From NCBI GenBank assembly GCA_023267535.1, contig JAHFNC010000004.1, forward strand, positions 3,757 through 67,756: DNA of 64,000 nucleotides. Reading direction: 5' to 3'. Each line of letters begins with the position of its first letter. The stretch's first letter is position 1. Made by a program: the position numbers and the translations under genes. Origin of the DNA: a bacterium. GTDB lineage: Bacteria > Patescibacteriota > Minisyncoccia > Phycocordibacterales > UBA5272. Below are positions 1 through 9,744 of this stretch, in pieces. Under the pieces are notes generated by a model. It saw only the letters and a program-made list of their open reading frames with translations. It was not told the DNA's origin and did no database searches.

Positions 1-1
1 A

Positions 2-172
2 ATTGCAACAAAGTATGAGAATAGTAAAAAAATAGATCACACAGAAGTACAAAAACTAACACAAGACTTAAAAAAACATTGGAAGATAATCAAAGGCGAA
101 GCTAAAGTTGCAAAAAAAGAAACTTTCAAAAGTGTAAAAAAGATAATAAAAAAGAAAAGTAAAAAAGATTAG
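2..172 (+). CDS. 3' end of an unidentified lysine-rich ORF cut by the window edge
   Basis: Frame 2 is open from the window start to TAG at 170-172. No recognisable motif. Confidence 0.3.
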   Translation: MATKYENSKKIDHTEVQKLTQDLKKHWKIIKGEAKVAKKETFKSVKKIIKKKSKKD

Positions 173-188
173 AATTTTAATATTTATC

Positions 189-563
189 TTACTTACTCGC
201 TCTTTTGGCTTCATTTGCTTTTGCTTTGGCTTTTAAAATTTCTTTTATAATTGTGGTCGGTATTTTTTGGTCGAACTTTATTTGTATGGTTTTACTTCCA
301 GTTCCGTAACCTTTCTTTTCTAGTGCTTCGCGGTCTTTACTTTGTAATGCGAAGGCGAGACCGAAAGTAACGTGATTCTTAAATACAGCAAATCCAGCGA
401 GAACACCATGATATTTGTAAAATGGCACACCCCAACTTATTCCTTCTTCTGCTTTTGGAATAGTCGCCTTTATTATTTTTCGAAGTTCTTTCATTGTCGG
501 GCGAGATTTTTCATCTGAACTGGCAATGTAGGAATCAACGTCTTTTGCTTTATAATTTCTCAT
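189..563 (-). CDS. DUF1801 / YdhG-like domain protein
   Basis: 124 aa. 'DVDSYIAS...RPTMKELRKIIKATIPKAEEGISWGVPFYKYHG' matches the YdhG/DUF1801 pattern. Confidence 0.7.
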   Translation of the reverse strand: MRNYKAKDVDSYIASSDEKSRPTMKELRKIIKATIPKAEEGISWGVPFYKYHGVLAGFAVFKNHVTFGLAFALQSKDREALEKKGYGTGSKTIQIKFDQKIPTTIIKEILKAKAKANEAKRASK

Positions 564-601
564 TTTCTTTATGAGATAATTTTATCATATTGTTGGTAAC
601 C

Positions 602-895
602 TTAACTTAAAGAAAAATAGAAAGTAGTGACTATTATTATTTGAATAAAAATCATCGTAAAAAGTCTCTTAAGACCCGCAAGCGATGAAAAAGAAAGACA
701 TTGGAATATGCTTTTTACTTTAGGGTTAAATAAATATATTGCCAAAGATAAAAAATAAATTATTGCTGCCATCACCGTGACCACCAGAAGATTCGGACCC
801 TCAGGGTCATTGAAAAAGAAGAACATTACTCTAGAGCAGACGAGAGCTGTTATACCTAAAATAATTAATGAAATCTTTTTTGATTTGTAATACAT
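602..895 (-). CDS. small integral membrane protein
   Basis: 97 aa with three long hydrophobic segments. No other motif. Confidence 0.45.
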   Translation of the reverse strand: MYYKSKKISLIILGITALVCSRVMFFFFNDPEGPNLLVVTVMAAIIYFLSLAIYLFNPKVKSIFQCLSFSSLAGLKRLFTMIFIQIIIVTTFYFSLS

Positions 896-936
896 ATTGT
901 AATTATACTAGAAAATTTACCAACATTGTTTTCTAA

Positions 937-1176
937 ATACCACACTTTTTAAAGAAAAACGGTGCCTGTCCCCAATTCCAAATAGGTGTTTTAGGGATTA
1001 AGGATAGCACTAGTGTTGGAGATGTAGATATACGAAATTACGCGAAGTATATTTTGAGAGATGGGAAAGATATAGAAAAAAGAGAGTTGCTAGGATGTCT
1101 AAAAAGTAAAATTTTGCTATCAGATAAAAAGATCTACATAAGCGAAATTGAGTTAGTCCCAGTTAATCAAAAGTGA
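937..1176 (+). pseudogene. start-less open frame, possible 3' remnant of a disrupted gene at the island border
   Basis: 79 codons are open from the TAA at 934-936 to the TGA at 1174-1176, with no in-frame ATG. It translates to a protein-like tail '...GVLGIKDSTSVGDVDIRNYAKYILRDGKDIEKRELLGCLKSKILLSDKKIYISEIELVPVNQK*'. Confidence 0.3.
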
Positions 1177-1183
1177 TATAATT

Positions 1184-2650
1184 ATGAGTAAATTTATGTT
1201 TGAACAAACTTTTAAGAATATAGACGACATCTTACATAAAGATGCAGGATGCGGAAGTGAGCTTGATTATGTTGAACAAACCTCATGGGTACTATTTTTG
1301 AAGTACCTCGATGATTTAGAGAAAGACAAGAAAACAGCGGCTGAACTTGCAGGAAAAAAGTACACCAACATCATATCTACTGAATACAGTTGGACTACGT
1401 GGGCTACACCAAAAGGTAAAGACGGAAAACTTGATCATCATAAAGCCTTAACTGGAGATGATTTAAAAGACTTTGTTGATCTTAAACTTTTTCCTTATCT
1501 TAAGAAATTTAAAACCACAGCTTTAAGTCCAGATACTATTGAATACAAGATTGGTGAGATTTTTTCTGAATTAAAAAATAGAATTCATAGTGGATATAAC
1601 TTACGTGAAGTTATTAATCGTATAGACGAGCTTCGTTTTCGTACTCATGCAGAAAAGCATGAAATGAGCCACTTGTATGAATCTAAAATACAGAACATGG
1701 GGAATGCTGGTCGTAATGGTGGTGAGTACTATACTCCAAGACCACTTATTACTACTATTGTTAAAGTGGTAGCTCCAAAAATTGGAGACACTATTTATGA
1801 TGGTGCAGTAGGTAGTGCAGGATTCTTATGTGAAGCTTTTGATTACCTAAAGAAGAGTAAAAACCTTACAACGAAAGATGTAGAAATTTTACAAAAGAAA
1901 ACTTTTTATGGAAAGGAAAAGAAATCATTAGCATATATTATCGGTACAATGAATATGATTTTACACGGTGTAGAAGCTCCTAATATTATCCATACCAACA
2001 CTCTTGCTGAAAATCTTGCAGATATACAAGAAAAAGATCGTTATAATGTTGTGTTGGCAAACCCACCATTTGGAGGAAAAGAACGAGTAGAGGTACAGCA
2101 GAACTTTCCAATTAAAACAGGAGAAACTGCTTCTCTTTTCTTACAACACTTTATTAAGATATTAAAAGCAGGAGGTAAAGGCGGTGTGGTTATAAAAAAT
2201 ACATTTCTTAGTAATACAGATAACGCTACGGTTAGTTTAAGAAAGTTACTTCTTGAGAATTGTAACCTACATACAGTATTAGACTTACCTGCTGGAACTT
2301 TTACAGGTGCCGGTGTCAAAACAGTCGTACTCTTTTTTGAAAAAGGGTCCTCTACGAAAAAAGTATGGTTCTATCAACTTAACTTAGACAGAAATCTCGG
2401 TAAAACAAATTCACTTAGCGAGAAAGATTTAGAAGATTTTATTAAACTTCAAAAGAATAAAGCAGAAAGTGAAAACTCTTGGAGTATAGATATAAAAAAC
2501 ATAGACCAAAAGACTTTTGATTTAAGTGCAAAGAACCCTAACAAAAAAGAAGAGGTTGCTTTGCGTTCCCCAGAAGAGATTTTGAAAGAGATGAAAGCTT
2601 TAGATAAGGAGAGTGAAAAGATATTAAGCGGTATTATTAAATTGATATGA
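1184..2650 (+). CDS. hsdM: Type I restriction-modification system, N6-adenine DNA methyltransferase subunit M
   Basis: 488 aa. HsdM N-terminal region, SAM-binding 'YDGAVGSAGFL', catalytic 'NPPFGG'. First gene of an M-X-S-R array. Confidence 0.95.
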   Translation: MSKFMFEQTFKNIDDILHKDAGCGSELDYVEQTSWVLFLKYLDDLEKDKKTAAELAGKKYTNIISTEYSWTTWATPKGKDGKLDHHKALTGDDLKDFVDLKLFPYLKKFKTTALSPDTIEYKIGEIFSELKNRIHSGYNLREVINRIDELRFRTHAEKHEMSHLYESKIQNMGNAGRNGGEYYTPRPLITTIVKVVAPKIGDTIYDGAVGSAGFLCEAFDYLKKSKNLTTKDVEILQKKTFYGKEKKSLAYIIGTMNMILHGVEAPNIIHTNTLAENLADIQEKDRYNVVLANPPFGGKERVEVQQNFPIKTGETASLFLQHFIKILKAGGKGGVVIKNTFLSNTDNATVSLRKLLLENCNLHTVLDLPAGTFTGAGVKTVVLFFEKGSSTKKVWFYQLNLDRNLGKTNSLSEKDLEDFIKLQKNKAESENSWSIDIKNIDQKTFDLSAKNPNKKEEVALRSPEEILKEMKALDKESEKILSGIIKLI

Positions 2651-3714
2651 ATGAAAAAAAAGAAGTAAAACATATTTTTATAGATTCGAATATTTTTTTA
2701 GATTTTTATAGATTAGGGAAAGAAGATTTAGAGAAACTTAATCAGTTGATTGACTTTGTTAAAAATGGTGATATTAAAATATATTTAACAAAACAGGTCT
2801 ACGATGAATTTTACAGACACAGAGAAGACACCTTTCAAAAAACATACAAAGGTTTTTTAGACTCAAAAACTGATATTCAGATGAATTCTATTTTTAAGAA
2901 TTATCCAGAATATAAAAAGATTACTCTTTTGAAAAAAGCTTTAGAGAAACTTAAGTCTGACTTAGGTCAAAAAGTAGAAAGTGACATGAGTTCAAAAAGT
3001 TTAATTGCGGATGAGGTTGTGAGAAAAATATTTGAAGCCTCTTTTTATATTGATTCGGATAAGTTTTTAGAAATGGCGATTATAAGACACAGACTTGGAA
3101 ATCCACCAGGTAAAAAAAATACTAGTTATGGAGATGAAATCAACTGGGAAACATTACTAAGTGTGGTTCCTGACGGAGAAAAACTAATAATAGTTAGTAA
3201 CGATGGAGATTACGAAAGTCCAATGTCAGAAAGAAAAATCAACGGCTATTTGGAAGCTGAATGGGATAAAAAAAAGAAATCAAAAATCTATTTATACAAG
3301 TCCCTAAGTTCATTTTTTAGAGAACACAACATTGCTATTGAGTTTGAAATTGAACAAGATAAAAGTTTACTTGTAGAAAATTTGATAAACAGTGGTAGTT
3401 TTATGGTAACTCACGAAGTTATAAGAAGGCTTTCAAAGTATAATTCATTTTCAGACGACCAAATAAAAGGTCTTGCTACAGCTTTACTAGGTAACTCGCA
3501 AGTACGGTCAATTATAGAAGATGATGATGTTAGAACTTTTTATAAAATAAACTTACTGTCTAGGTCTGATATTTTTGACGATGAAATGTGGAGTGAGATA
3601 GAGTCTCTTATTATAGTTAACCCAGTTCAGGTTAATAAAGATATTGAGGATATTATTAAAAGTCTTGATGATAAAATTGATGAAGATATCAATGTGGACG
3701 ACATTCCATTTTAA
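2647..3714 (+). CDS. PIN-like (DUF4935-type) putative nuclease embedded in the type I R-M operon
   Basis: 355 aa. ATG 2647-2649 overlaps the hsdM TGA 2648-2650. 'IFIDSNIFLDF', 'VYDEF', 'GNPPGKKNTSYGDEINWETLL' and 'IIVSNDGDY' give the acidic-residue pattern of PIN-like domains. The C-terminal ~150 aa are unassigned. Only 3 nt separate it from hsdS. Confidence 0.65.
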   Translation: MNEKKEVKHIFIDSNIFLDFYRLGKEDLEKLNQLIDFVKNGDIKIYLTKQVYDEFYRHREDTFQKTYKGFLDSKTDIQMNSIFKNYPEYKKITLLKKALEKLKSDLGQKVESDMSSKSLIADEVVRKIFEASFYIDSDKFLEMAIIRHRLGNPPGKKNTSYGDEINWETLLSVVPDGEKLIIVSNDGDYESPMSERKINGYLEAEWDKKKKSKIYLYKSLSSFFREHNIAIEFEIEQDKSLLVENLINSGSFMVTHEVIRRLSKYNSFSDDQIKGLATALLGNSQVRSIIEDDDVRTFYKINLLSRSDIFDDEMWSEIESLIIVNPVQVNKDIEDIIKSLDDKIDEDINVDDIPF

Positions 3715-3717
3715 TTT

Positions 3718-4839
3718 ATGAAAAAAGAAAACTGGGAAATAAAAAGTTTTGAAGAATGTCTTGAAAAAGTTGTTTATACAAACAAAATTCAAAGAAAAGA
3801 TTTTCTTGATAATGGAAAGCATCCAGTAATTTCACAAGAGAAAGATTTTGTTAATGGGTACTGGGATAATTCTAAAGATTTATTTAAGGTTAGAAAACCA
3901 GTTATAATTTTTGGTGATCATACACAAGTCTTAAAATATGTAGATTTTGATTTTGTTCTTGGTGCTGATGGTGTAAAAATACTTCAGCCTACAAGTGAGC
4001 TAGAACCAAGATTTTTTTACTATTATTTACAAAACATAAATATTGGTAGTTTAGGATACGCAAGACATTACAGATTATTAAAAGAGAGTGAAGTAGAATT
4101 TCCAAAGTCTCTTTTAGAACAGCAACGCATAGTGTCAGTTTTAGATAAAGCATTCGTTGATATATCTAAAGCAAAAGATATTGCTGAACAGAATCTTAAA
4201 AATGCAAAAGAACTTTTTGAAAGTTATTTACAGAGTATGTTTACAAATAAAGGAGATGATTGGGAAGAGAAAACATTAGGCGGTATTGCTTTTGTAAAAA
4301 GTGGAGGAACTCCTTCAAGGTCTAAAAAAGAATACTGGACAGGTAAAATAGCTTGGTATTCGTCGGGTGAATTAAATAATTTGTACACCACAACGCCAGA
4401 AAGATATATTAACGATTTAGCAATTAGTAACTCAAATGCAAAAATCTTTCCAAAAGGTTCTCTTTTAATAGGTATGTATGATACTGCGGCTCTAAAAATG
4501 TCTATATTAGACAGAGACGGTTCTTTTAATCAAGCTATTGCAGGTGTAAAACCTAATGACAAAATTGACTTAACTTTTATTTTACACTCTATCAACTCTA
4601 TCAAACCAGAATTACTTAATTTAAGACGTGGTGTTCGTCAGAAAAATCTAAGTCTTGAAAAGATAAAAAGTATCCCTACCTATGTTCCTCCACTTCAAGT
4701 ACAGAAGAATGTTGTTTCTAAATTAGGAGAACTTTCCACTGAAACAAAAAAACTTGAAGCAATCTATGAACAAAAATTAAATGACTTAGAAGAACTTAAG
4801 AAAAGTATTCTTCAAAAGGTATTTAACGGCGAACTATAA
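3718..4839 (+). CDS. hsdS: Type I restriction-modification system, specificity subunit S
   Basis: 373 aa. Two target-recognition halves, each followed by a conserved helical spacer ('LLEQQRIVSVLDKAF...' and 'LQVQKNVVSKLGEL...'). Confidence 0.9.
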   Translation: MKKENWEIKSFEECLEKVVYTNKIQRKDFLDNGKHPVISQEKDFVNGYWDNSKDLFKVRKPVIIFGDHTQVLKYVDFDFVLGADGVKILQPTSELEPRFFYYYLQNINIGSLGYARHYRLLKESEVEFPKSLLEQQRIVSVLDKAFVDISKAKDIAEQNLKNAKELFESYLQSMFTNKGDDWEEKTLGGIAFVKSGGTPSRSKKEYWTGKIAWYSSGELNNLYTTTPERYINDLAISNSNAKIFPKGSLLIGMYDTAALKMSILDRDGSFNQAIAGVKPNDKIDLTFILHSINSIKPELLNLRRGVRQKNLSLEKIKSIPTYVPPLQVQKNVVSKLGELSTETKKLEAIYEQKLNDLEELKKSILQKVFNGEL

Positions 4840-4860
4840 AAGTGCTATAATGTCAAGATT

Positions 4861-7182
4861 ATGAACGAATCTGAAACAAGGGCAGAGCTAATTGATCCAA
4901 AGCTAAAAGCTTGTGGTTGGGGTGTTGTTGAAGGATCTAAAATACTCCGTGAATACAATATTACTGCTGGTAAAATCCAAACTGGAGGTATAAGAGGAAA
5001 GCTACTTACTGCTGATTATGTATTGGTCTACAAAGGCATAAAATTGGCTGTGGTTGAGGCAAAGAGTGCAAATATAGGAGTTGGTGAGGGTGTTGCACAA
5101 GCCAAGCAATATGCAGAGAAACTAAAAATAGAAACAACCTATTCTACAAACGGAAAAGAGATATACAGTATCTGTATGAAAACTGGTGTTGAGGGTTTGG
5201 TTTCTGGTTATCTCTCACCTGATGAACTTTGGAACAAAACTTTTTCGGTTCAAAATGAATGGAGAGAGAAATTTAGTTCTATTCCTTTTGAAGATAAGAG
5301 TGGCTCTTGGCAATTACGTTATTATCAAGAAATAGCAGTAAAGAATGTTCTTGAATATGTTGCAAATGATAGGGACCGCATTTTGCTCACCTTAGCTACT
5401 GGTACAGGTAAAACAGCTATCGCTTTTCAGATAGTATGGAAACTATTTCAGACAAGATGGAATTTAAAACGTGACGGTTCTCGTCGTCCTCGTATTTTAT
5501 TTTTAGCAGATAGAAACATATTAGCCGACCAAGCATACAACTCTTTTTCTTCATTTCCAGAAGATGCTTTGGTGCGTATTAATCCTAAAGAAATAAGTAA
5601 GAAAGGAAGTGTGCCTACTAATGGGTCTATTTTCTTTACTATCTTTCAAACCTTTATGAGTGGTAAAGATGCCGAGGGAAACCCTGCACCATACTTCGGA
5701 GAATATCCATCTGATTACTTTGATTTTATTATTATAGACGAATGTCATCGTGGCGGTGCAAACGATGAAGGAAACTGGAGAGGTATCTTGGAATATTTTT
5801 CTCCTGCTGTGCAATTAGGTTTAACAGCTACCCCAAAGCGTAAAGATAATGTCGATACATATAAATATTTTGGTGAGCCAGTATATATTTATTCTCTTAA
5901 AGAGGGTATTAATGATGGATTTCTTACACCTTTTAAGGTTAAGCGTATTAAGACAACATTAGACGATTATATTTATACAAGTGATGACCAAATCATCGAA
6001 GGGGAAATCGAGGAAGGAAAACTTTATACCGAACCTGATTTTAATAAGATAATTGAAATTAAAGCGAGAGAAGAAAAGCGTGTGAAGGTATTTATGGACG
6101 AAGCAAATCAAAATGAAAAAGCTATTGTCTTTTGTGCTACTCAAGATCATGCGGCTGCGGTTCGTGATTTAATTAATCAATACAAGAAAAGTGCTGATCC
6201 AAATTATTGTGTCCGTGTTACAGCAAATGATGGAGAGATAGGCGAACAATTTTTAAGAGAATTCCAAGATAACGAAAAAACTATACCAACTATTTTAACG
6301 ACATCACAGAAACTTTCAACTGGAGTAGATGCTAGAAATATACGTAACATTGTACTCATGCGACCAGTGAACTCTATGATTGAATTTAAGCAAATTGTAG
6401 GGCGTGGTACACGTTTATTTGATGGTAAGGAATTCTTTACTATTTATGACTTTGTGGATGCTTATCACCATTTTGCGGATCCTGAATGGGATGGAGAACC
6501 GATCAGTCCAGTAGATGATGAACCTACGGAACCTAAACCACCAAAAGGGGTAGAGGGTGAACCACCTTTTCCTCCAGAACCACCAACAGAACCAAATAAG
6601 AAACTTAAGATTAAATTACGAGATGGAAAAGAACGTGAAATACAACACATGATAGCAACTTCTTTTTGGGGTGCAGACGGTAAACCTATTTCTGTGGAAG
6701 AGTTTTTACAAAACCTGTTTGGGACACTGCCTAGTCTTTTTAAGGGTGAAGAAGAGTTGCGAGAGATATGGAGTAATCCAATAACAAGAAAAAGTTTGTT
6801 AGAAAAACTAGACGAGGCTGGGTATGGAAAAGACGAACTAACTACATTACAGAAATTAATTGACGCTGAAAATAGTGATCTTTTTGATGTGTTGGAATAT
6901 GTATTTAATAGTGACGTTAAACCGATACCAAGAGAGATAAGAGTAGAAACATCACAGGAAACTATTTTTGAATCCCTTAATGATAAACAAAAAGAATTTA
7001 TTGAATTTGTGTTGAGTAAATATATTGAAACAGGTGTAGAAGAATTAGACCAAGAGAAACTACCAATACTTCTTACTAATAAATATCAGTCGCTAGAAGA
7101 TGCAAAAGATACACTAGGTGATATTGATTTGATTCGTTCGATTTTCTTCAAATTCCAAGAGAAACTATACGCAAAAGTATAA
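4861..7182 (+). CDS. hsdR: Type I restriction enzyme, R (helicase/endonuclease) subunit, EcoEI-R-like
   Basis: 773 aa. N-terminal 'SETRAELIDPKL..GW' region. SF2 motifs 'LATGTGKT', 'IIIDECHRG', 'LGLTATP', 'QIVGRGTR'. Pro-rich linker, then a C-terminal domain resembling the EcoEI R C-terminus ('DLFDVLEYVF...'). Confidence 0.93.
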   Translation: MNESETRAELIDPKLKACGWGVVEGSKILREYNITAGKIQTGGIRGKLLTADYVLVYKGIKLAVVEAKSANIGVGEGVAQAKQYAEKLKIETTYSTNGKEIYSICMKTGVEGLVSGYLSPDELWNKTFSVQNEWREKFSSIPFEDKSGSWQLRYYQEIAVKNVLEYVANDRDRILLTLATGTGKTAIAFQIVWKLFQTRWNLKRDGSRRPRILFLADRNILADQAYNSFSSFPEDALVRINPKEISKKGSVPTNGSIFFTIFQTFMSGKDAEGNPAPYFGEYPSDYFDFIIIDECHRGGANDEGNWRGILEYFSPAVQLGLTATPKRKDNVDTYKYFGEPVYIYSLKEGINDGFLTPFKVKRIKTTLDDYIYTSDDQIIEGEIEEGKLYTEPDFNKIIEIKAREEKRVKVFMDEANQNEKAIVFCATQDHAAAVRDLINQYKKSADPNYCVRVTANDGEIGEQFLREFQDNEKTIPTILTTSQKLSTGVDARNIRNIVLMRPVNSMIEFKQIVGRGTRLFDGKEFFTIYDFVDAYHHFADPEWDGEPISPVDDEPTEPKPPKGVEGEPPFPPEPPTEPNKKLKIKLRDGKEREIQHMIATSFWGADGKPISVEEFLQNLFGTLPSLFKGEEELREIWSNPITRKSLLEKLDEAGYGKDELTTLQKLIDAENSDLFDVLEYVFNSDVKPIPREIRVETSQETIFESLNDKQKEFIEFVLSKYIETGVEELDQEKLPILLTNKYQSLEDAKDTLGDIDLIRSIFFKFQEKLYAKV

Positions 7183-7200
7183 TTTTTCTTACTCAAAAAG

Positions 7201-9744
7201 TTAGATCATTCTTTTCTTTATGTTTCGTACAAGATCAGTGATTTCTTTCTTTGCAATATCAGGGATTTTAAATATAGAAACATCAGTTTTTAATAACCAT
7301 TCGGCACATTCCTTTCTATCATAATCCATACTTTCAATGTGGTTAGAAATTTCAATGGCTGTATGTCTACTTAGTCCGAGATTGATAAGAGAAACTTGGG
7401 TCCTTTCAAATACCCCAAACTCGAGCCACATATTTAAATCAGGGACGGAATCAAGAAACTCAGGGTGATTCATACTAAGATAATACTTTAAAATATCAAT
7501 ATAACATGAAGAATACTTTGCAAATTTAAACCTAACATATTCTTCTATATCCCCCATTGTGTTTCTGATAATTAGTGAAAGCTTTTTCTTGGGATCTCTA
7601 TTCTCCCAGTACCTAATATTAGACTTTATTATTCTAGCAAGTGGATATCCTCTCATCCAATTAGTTACTAGAATGGTGTAGTAAGGTGCGAGCGCTTCGT
7701 GGTCCCCAGAAAGAATTCTACTTATTCTTTTTATAATTGCTATGTAGCAATTAGACGCATCTAAATCGTCAGGTAAAACAGGAATTAGGTTTTTTATGTC
7801 ATCATCATAATTTACAAAATAATCAAAGAGTTTTTGTTGAGATATGGGGTTTATACCGGGATTTCTAAAAATTATATCATCTGGTATTTGAAGTGACTCT
7901 TTTACTTTTGAACACTCTACCTCAAGTTCATTAATGAAATCTTCGTCAAGAGGTTCATTTTTTAAGGAAGAGTTTTTAAGGAATTTTGTGAAATAATAAC
8001 TAAAAGCATATTCATGGTTAGAGCTAGAAGTTTCTTTAAAGTTACCTCTTATGTATTCAAGAAGATCAGTTTTATTTTCTGAAGCTTCAGTGATTGCTCT
8101 CTTAATAAAGTGCTTTGTTTTTTCTCTGATAGGTATATTATCCCAATCTTCAGGATCAATACATATAATATTTCCTTGAAATTCCTTTTTTAGGCGACCA
8201 GCTCGACCAGCGAGATTCCAAAAATCAGCTCCTGACATCGGTACTTTATTTCCTCTTTTTGGTTTTCTTATAAAAATTGATTTTGCTGGAAGGTTAACTC
8301 CTTCGAGAAGGGTTGAAGTACATACTAAGTATTTAATATGACCCTCAGAATATAATCTTTCAATTTCTTTTCTAATAACAAGTGGCATGTTGCCGTAATG
8401 AAAAGCAATCTTTCTTTCTAGAACTTTAGCTAAAGCATATTCTGGATGAATTAATTTCTTTATTAAATCAATCAATTCATTTATTTGATCATCTTCTGTT
8501 TCCTCTTTAGTTCCGACAAGATCAAAAAGTTTTTCTGAAGCATCTTCAGCATCTGCTTGTCCATTTACATATATCATGTTGCCACCTTCATTTGAACCAA
8601 GTAAGTAGCAAAAAGTAGACAGTTTTTCTTTTTCGTTTAAAGTTTGATTTAAGTTAATTTGCCCCAGTGGAGTAGATATATTTTTTAGACATAGGTTTAC
8701 GCTCCACTGCTTAGGGTGCCCCACTAATTGTGATACCCAAATTAAATTTTGATTTACGGCAATATATTCAGTAACTATAGTAGACCTATCTTCCTGGTTA
8801 CCTAAGCCATCCAGTAGAACCCCAGGGTTTTGAGAGAATGGACTACAGAATAGTATTTTTATGGCTGGTAGTCGAGTTGTAAGCTCTTCAATTTTTTGTT
8901 GTAAAAGAATACCTCTACCACCATCTCCAATTTTTTGAGCTTCGTCAATGACAAGAAAATCAATCTTAAAAGTGGGATTGTCACTTAGAAACCAATGTAA
9001 TCTTTCTTGCGTAAATATAAATAGAGATGGTTTGTTTAAGTCCATTTCATCAGGTGACTGAGGTACAGAACTTAGGTAAACAGAATAGTCTTCCTTATTA
9101 AACAATTGATCAGAAAAATCTTGCTCTACTTGATTGATAAGTGCTCTGGTAGGGACTATGTAGACAATATTTTTTGGATTCTTTTTGTCGTTTAGTTGCT
9201 CTAAAACAAAAGTATTTAGAATAAATGATTTTCCAGAAGAGGTTGGAGCAGAAGCACTTAAATAGTTTGAACTGTATGCTTTATCGTAAAAGTCTTTTTG
9301 AAATTTATTAAGATATATTGGCTCTTCATTTGTTTTTGTAAAAATGATATGTTCCACATCTCTTCTTGCATTTTCAATTTTAAAAGGTAACGGTATATCA
9401 TTATCGTAATCTGAAGGTAGATATTTCTTATGGATAGCAAGATTAATAGCTGGTTTGTTTGTTAACTTATGCAAAATGATAGATGCTCCAATTCTTTGGT
9501 TCTTCTTTGTTTCTGCATCTGTTAAACAACACTGGGCAATCCTTAATGCTGCATCTTGACAATCTGGGTTATCTGAATGTGATATTATACTTGCACACAT
9601 TAATAAATGATCCCAGTTTGGTATGTAAAATAAGTCAGATTGTTGATTTAAAATTGGGAAAAGTTTTATTACCGAATTTCTAATAATAGATAATAGGTCT
9701 TGTTGAAAGCTTTTTAAGTTATAAACTTTTTCAGGAAGGGTCAT
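7201..9744 (-). CDS. hamB: HamB-like SF2 (DEAQ-box) helicase, Hachiman-type defence
   Basis: 847 aa. Walker A 'SAPTSSGKSF', 'LVIDEAQK', 'CTSTLLEGVNLPA', 'LAGRAGR'. Its start overlaps the upstream DUF1837-like gene by 14 nt. Confidence 0.8.
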   Translation of the reverse strand: MTLPEKVYNLKSFQQDLLSIIRNSVIKLFPILNQQSDLFYIPNWDHLLMCASIISHSDNPDCQDAALRIAQCCLTDAETKKNQRIGASIILHKLTNKPAINLAIHKKYLPSDYDNDIPLPFKIENARRDVEHIIFTKTNEEPIYLNKFQKDFYDKAYSSNYLSASAPTSSGKSFILNTFVLEQLNDKKNPKNIVYIVPTRALINQVEQDFSDQLFNKEDYSVYLSSVPQSPDEMDLNKPSLFIFTQERLHWFLSDNPTFKIDFLVIDEAQKIGDGGRGILLQQKIEELTTRLPAIKILFCSPFSQNPGVLLDGLGNQEDRSTIVTEYIAVNQNLIWVSQLVGHPKQWSVNLCLKNISTPLGQINLNQTLNEKEKLSTFCYLLGSNEGGNMIYVNGQADAEDASEKLFDLVGTKEETEDDQINELIDLIKKLIHPEYALAKVLERKIAFHYGNMPLVIRKEIERLYSEGHIKYLVCTSTLLEGVNLPAKSIFIRKPKRGNKVPMSGADFWNLAGRAGRLKKEFQGNIICIDPEDWDNIPIREKTKHFIKRAITEASENKTDLLEYIRGNFKETSSSNHEYAFSYYFTKFLKNSSLKNEPLDEDFINELEVECSKVKESLQIPDDIIFRNPGINPISQQKLFDYFVNYDDDIKNLIPVLPDDLDASNCYIAIIKRISRILSGDHEALAPYYTILVTNWMRGYPLARIIKSNIRYWENRDPKKKLSLIIRNTMGDIEEYVRFKFAKYSSCYIDILKYYLSMNHPEFLDSVPDLNMWLEFGVFERTQVSLINLGLSRHTAIEISNHIESMDYDRKECAEWLLKTDVSIFKIPDIAKKEITDLVRNIKKRMI

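Noticed and set aside
2648-2650. Alternative genetic code (UGA recoding, as in some CPR lineages).
   Set aside because: TGA cleanly terminates hsdM at the expected length, and conserved genes read through without in-frame TGA. The standard code 11 fits.
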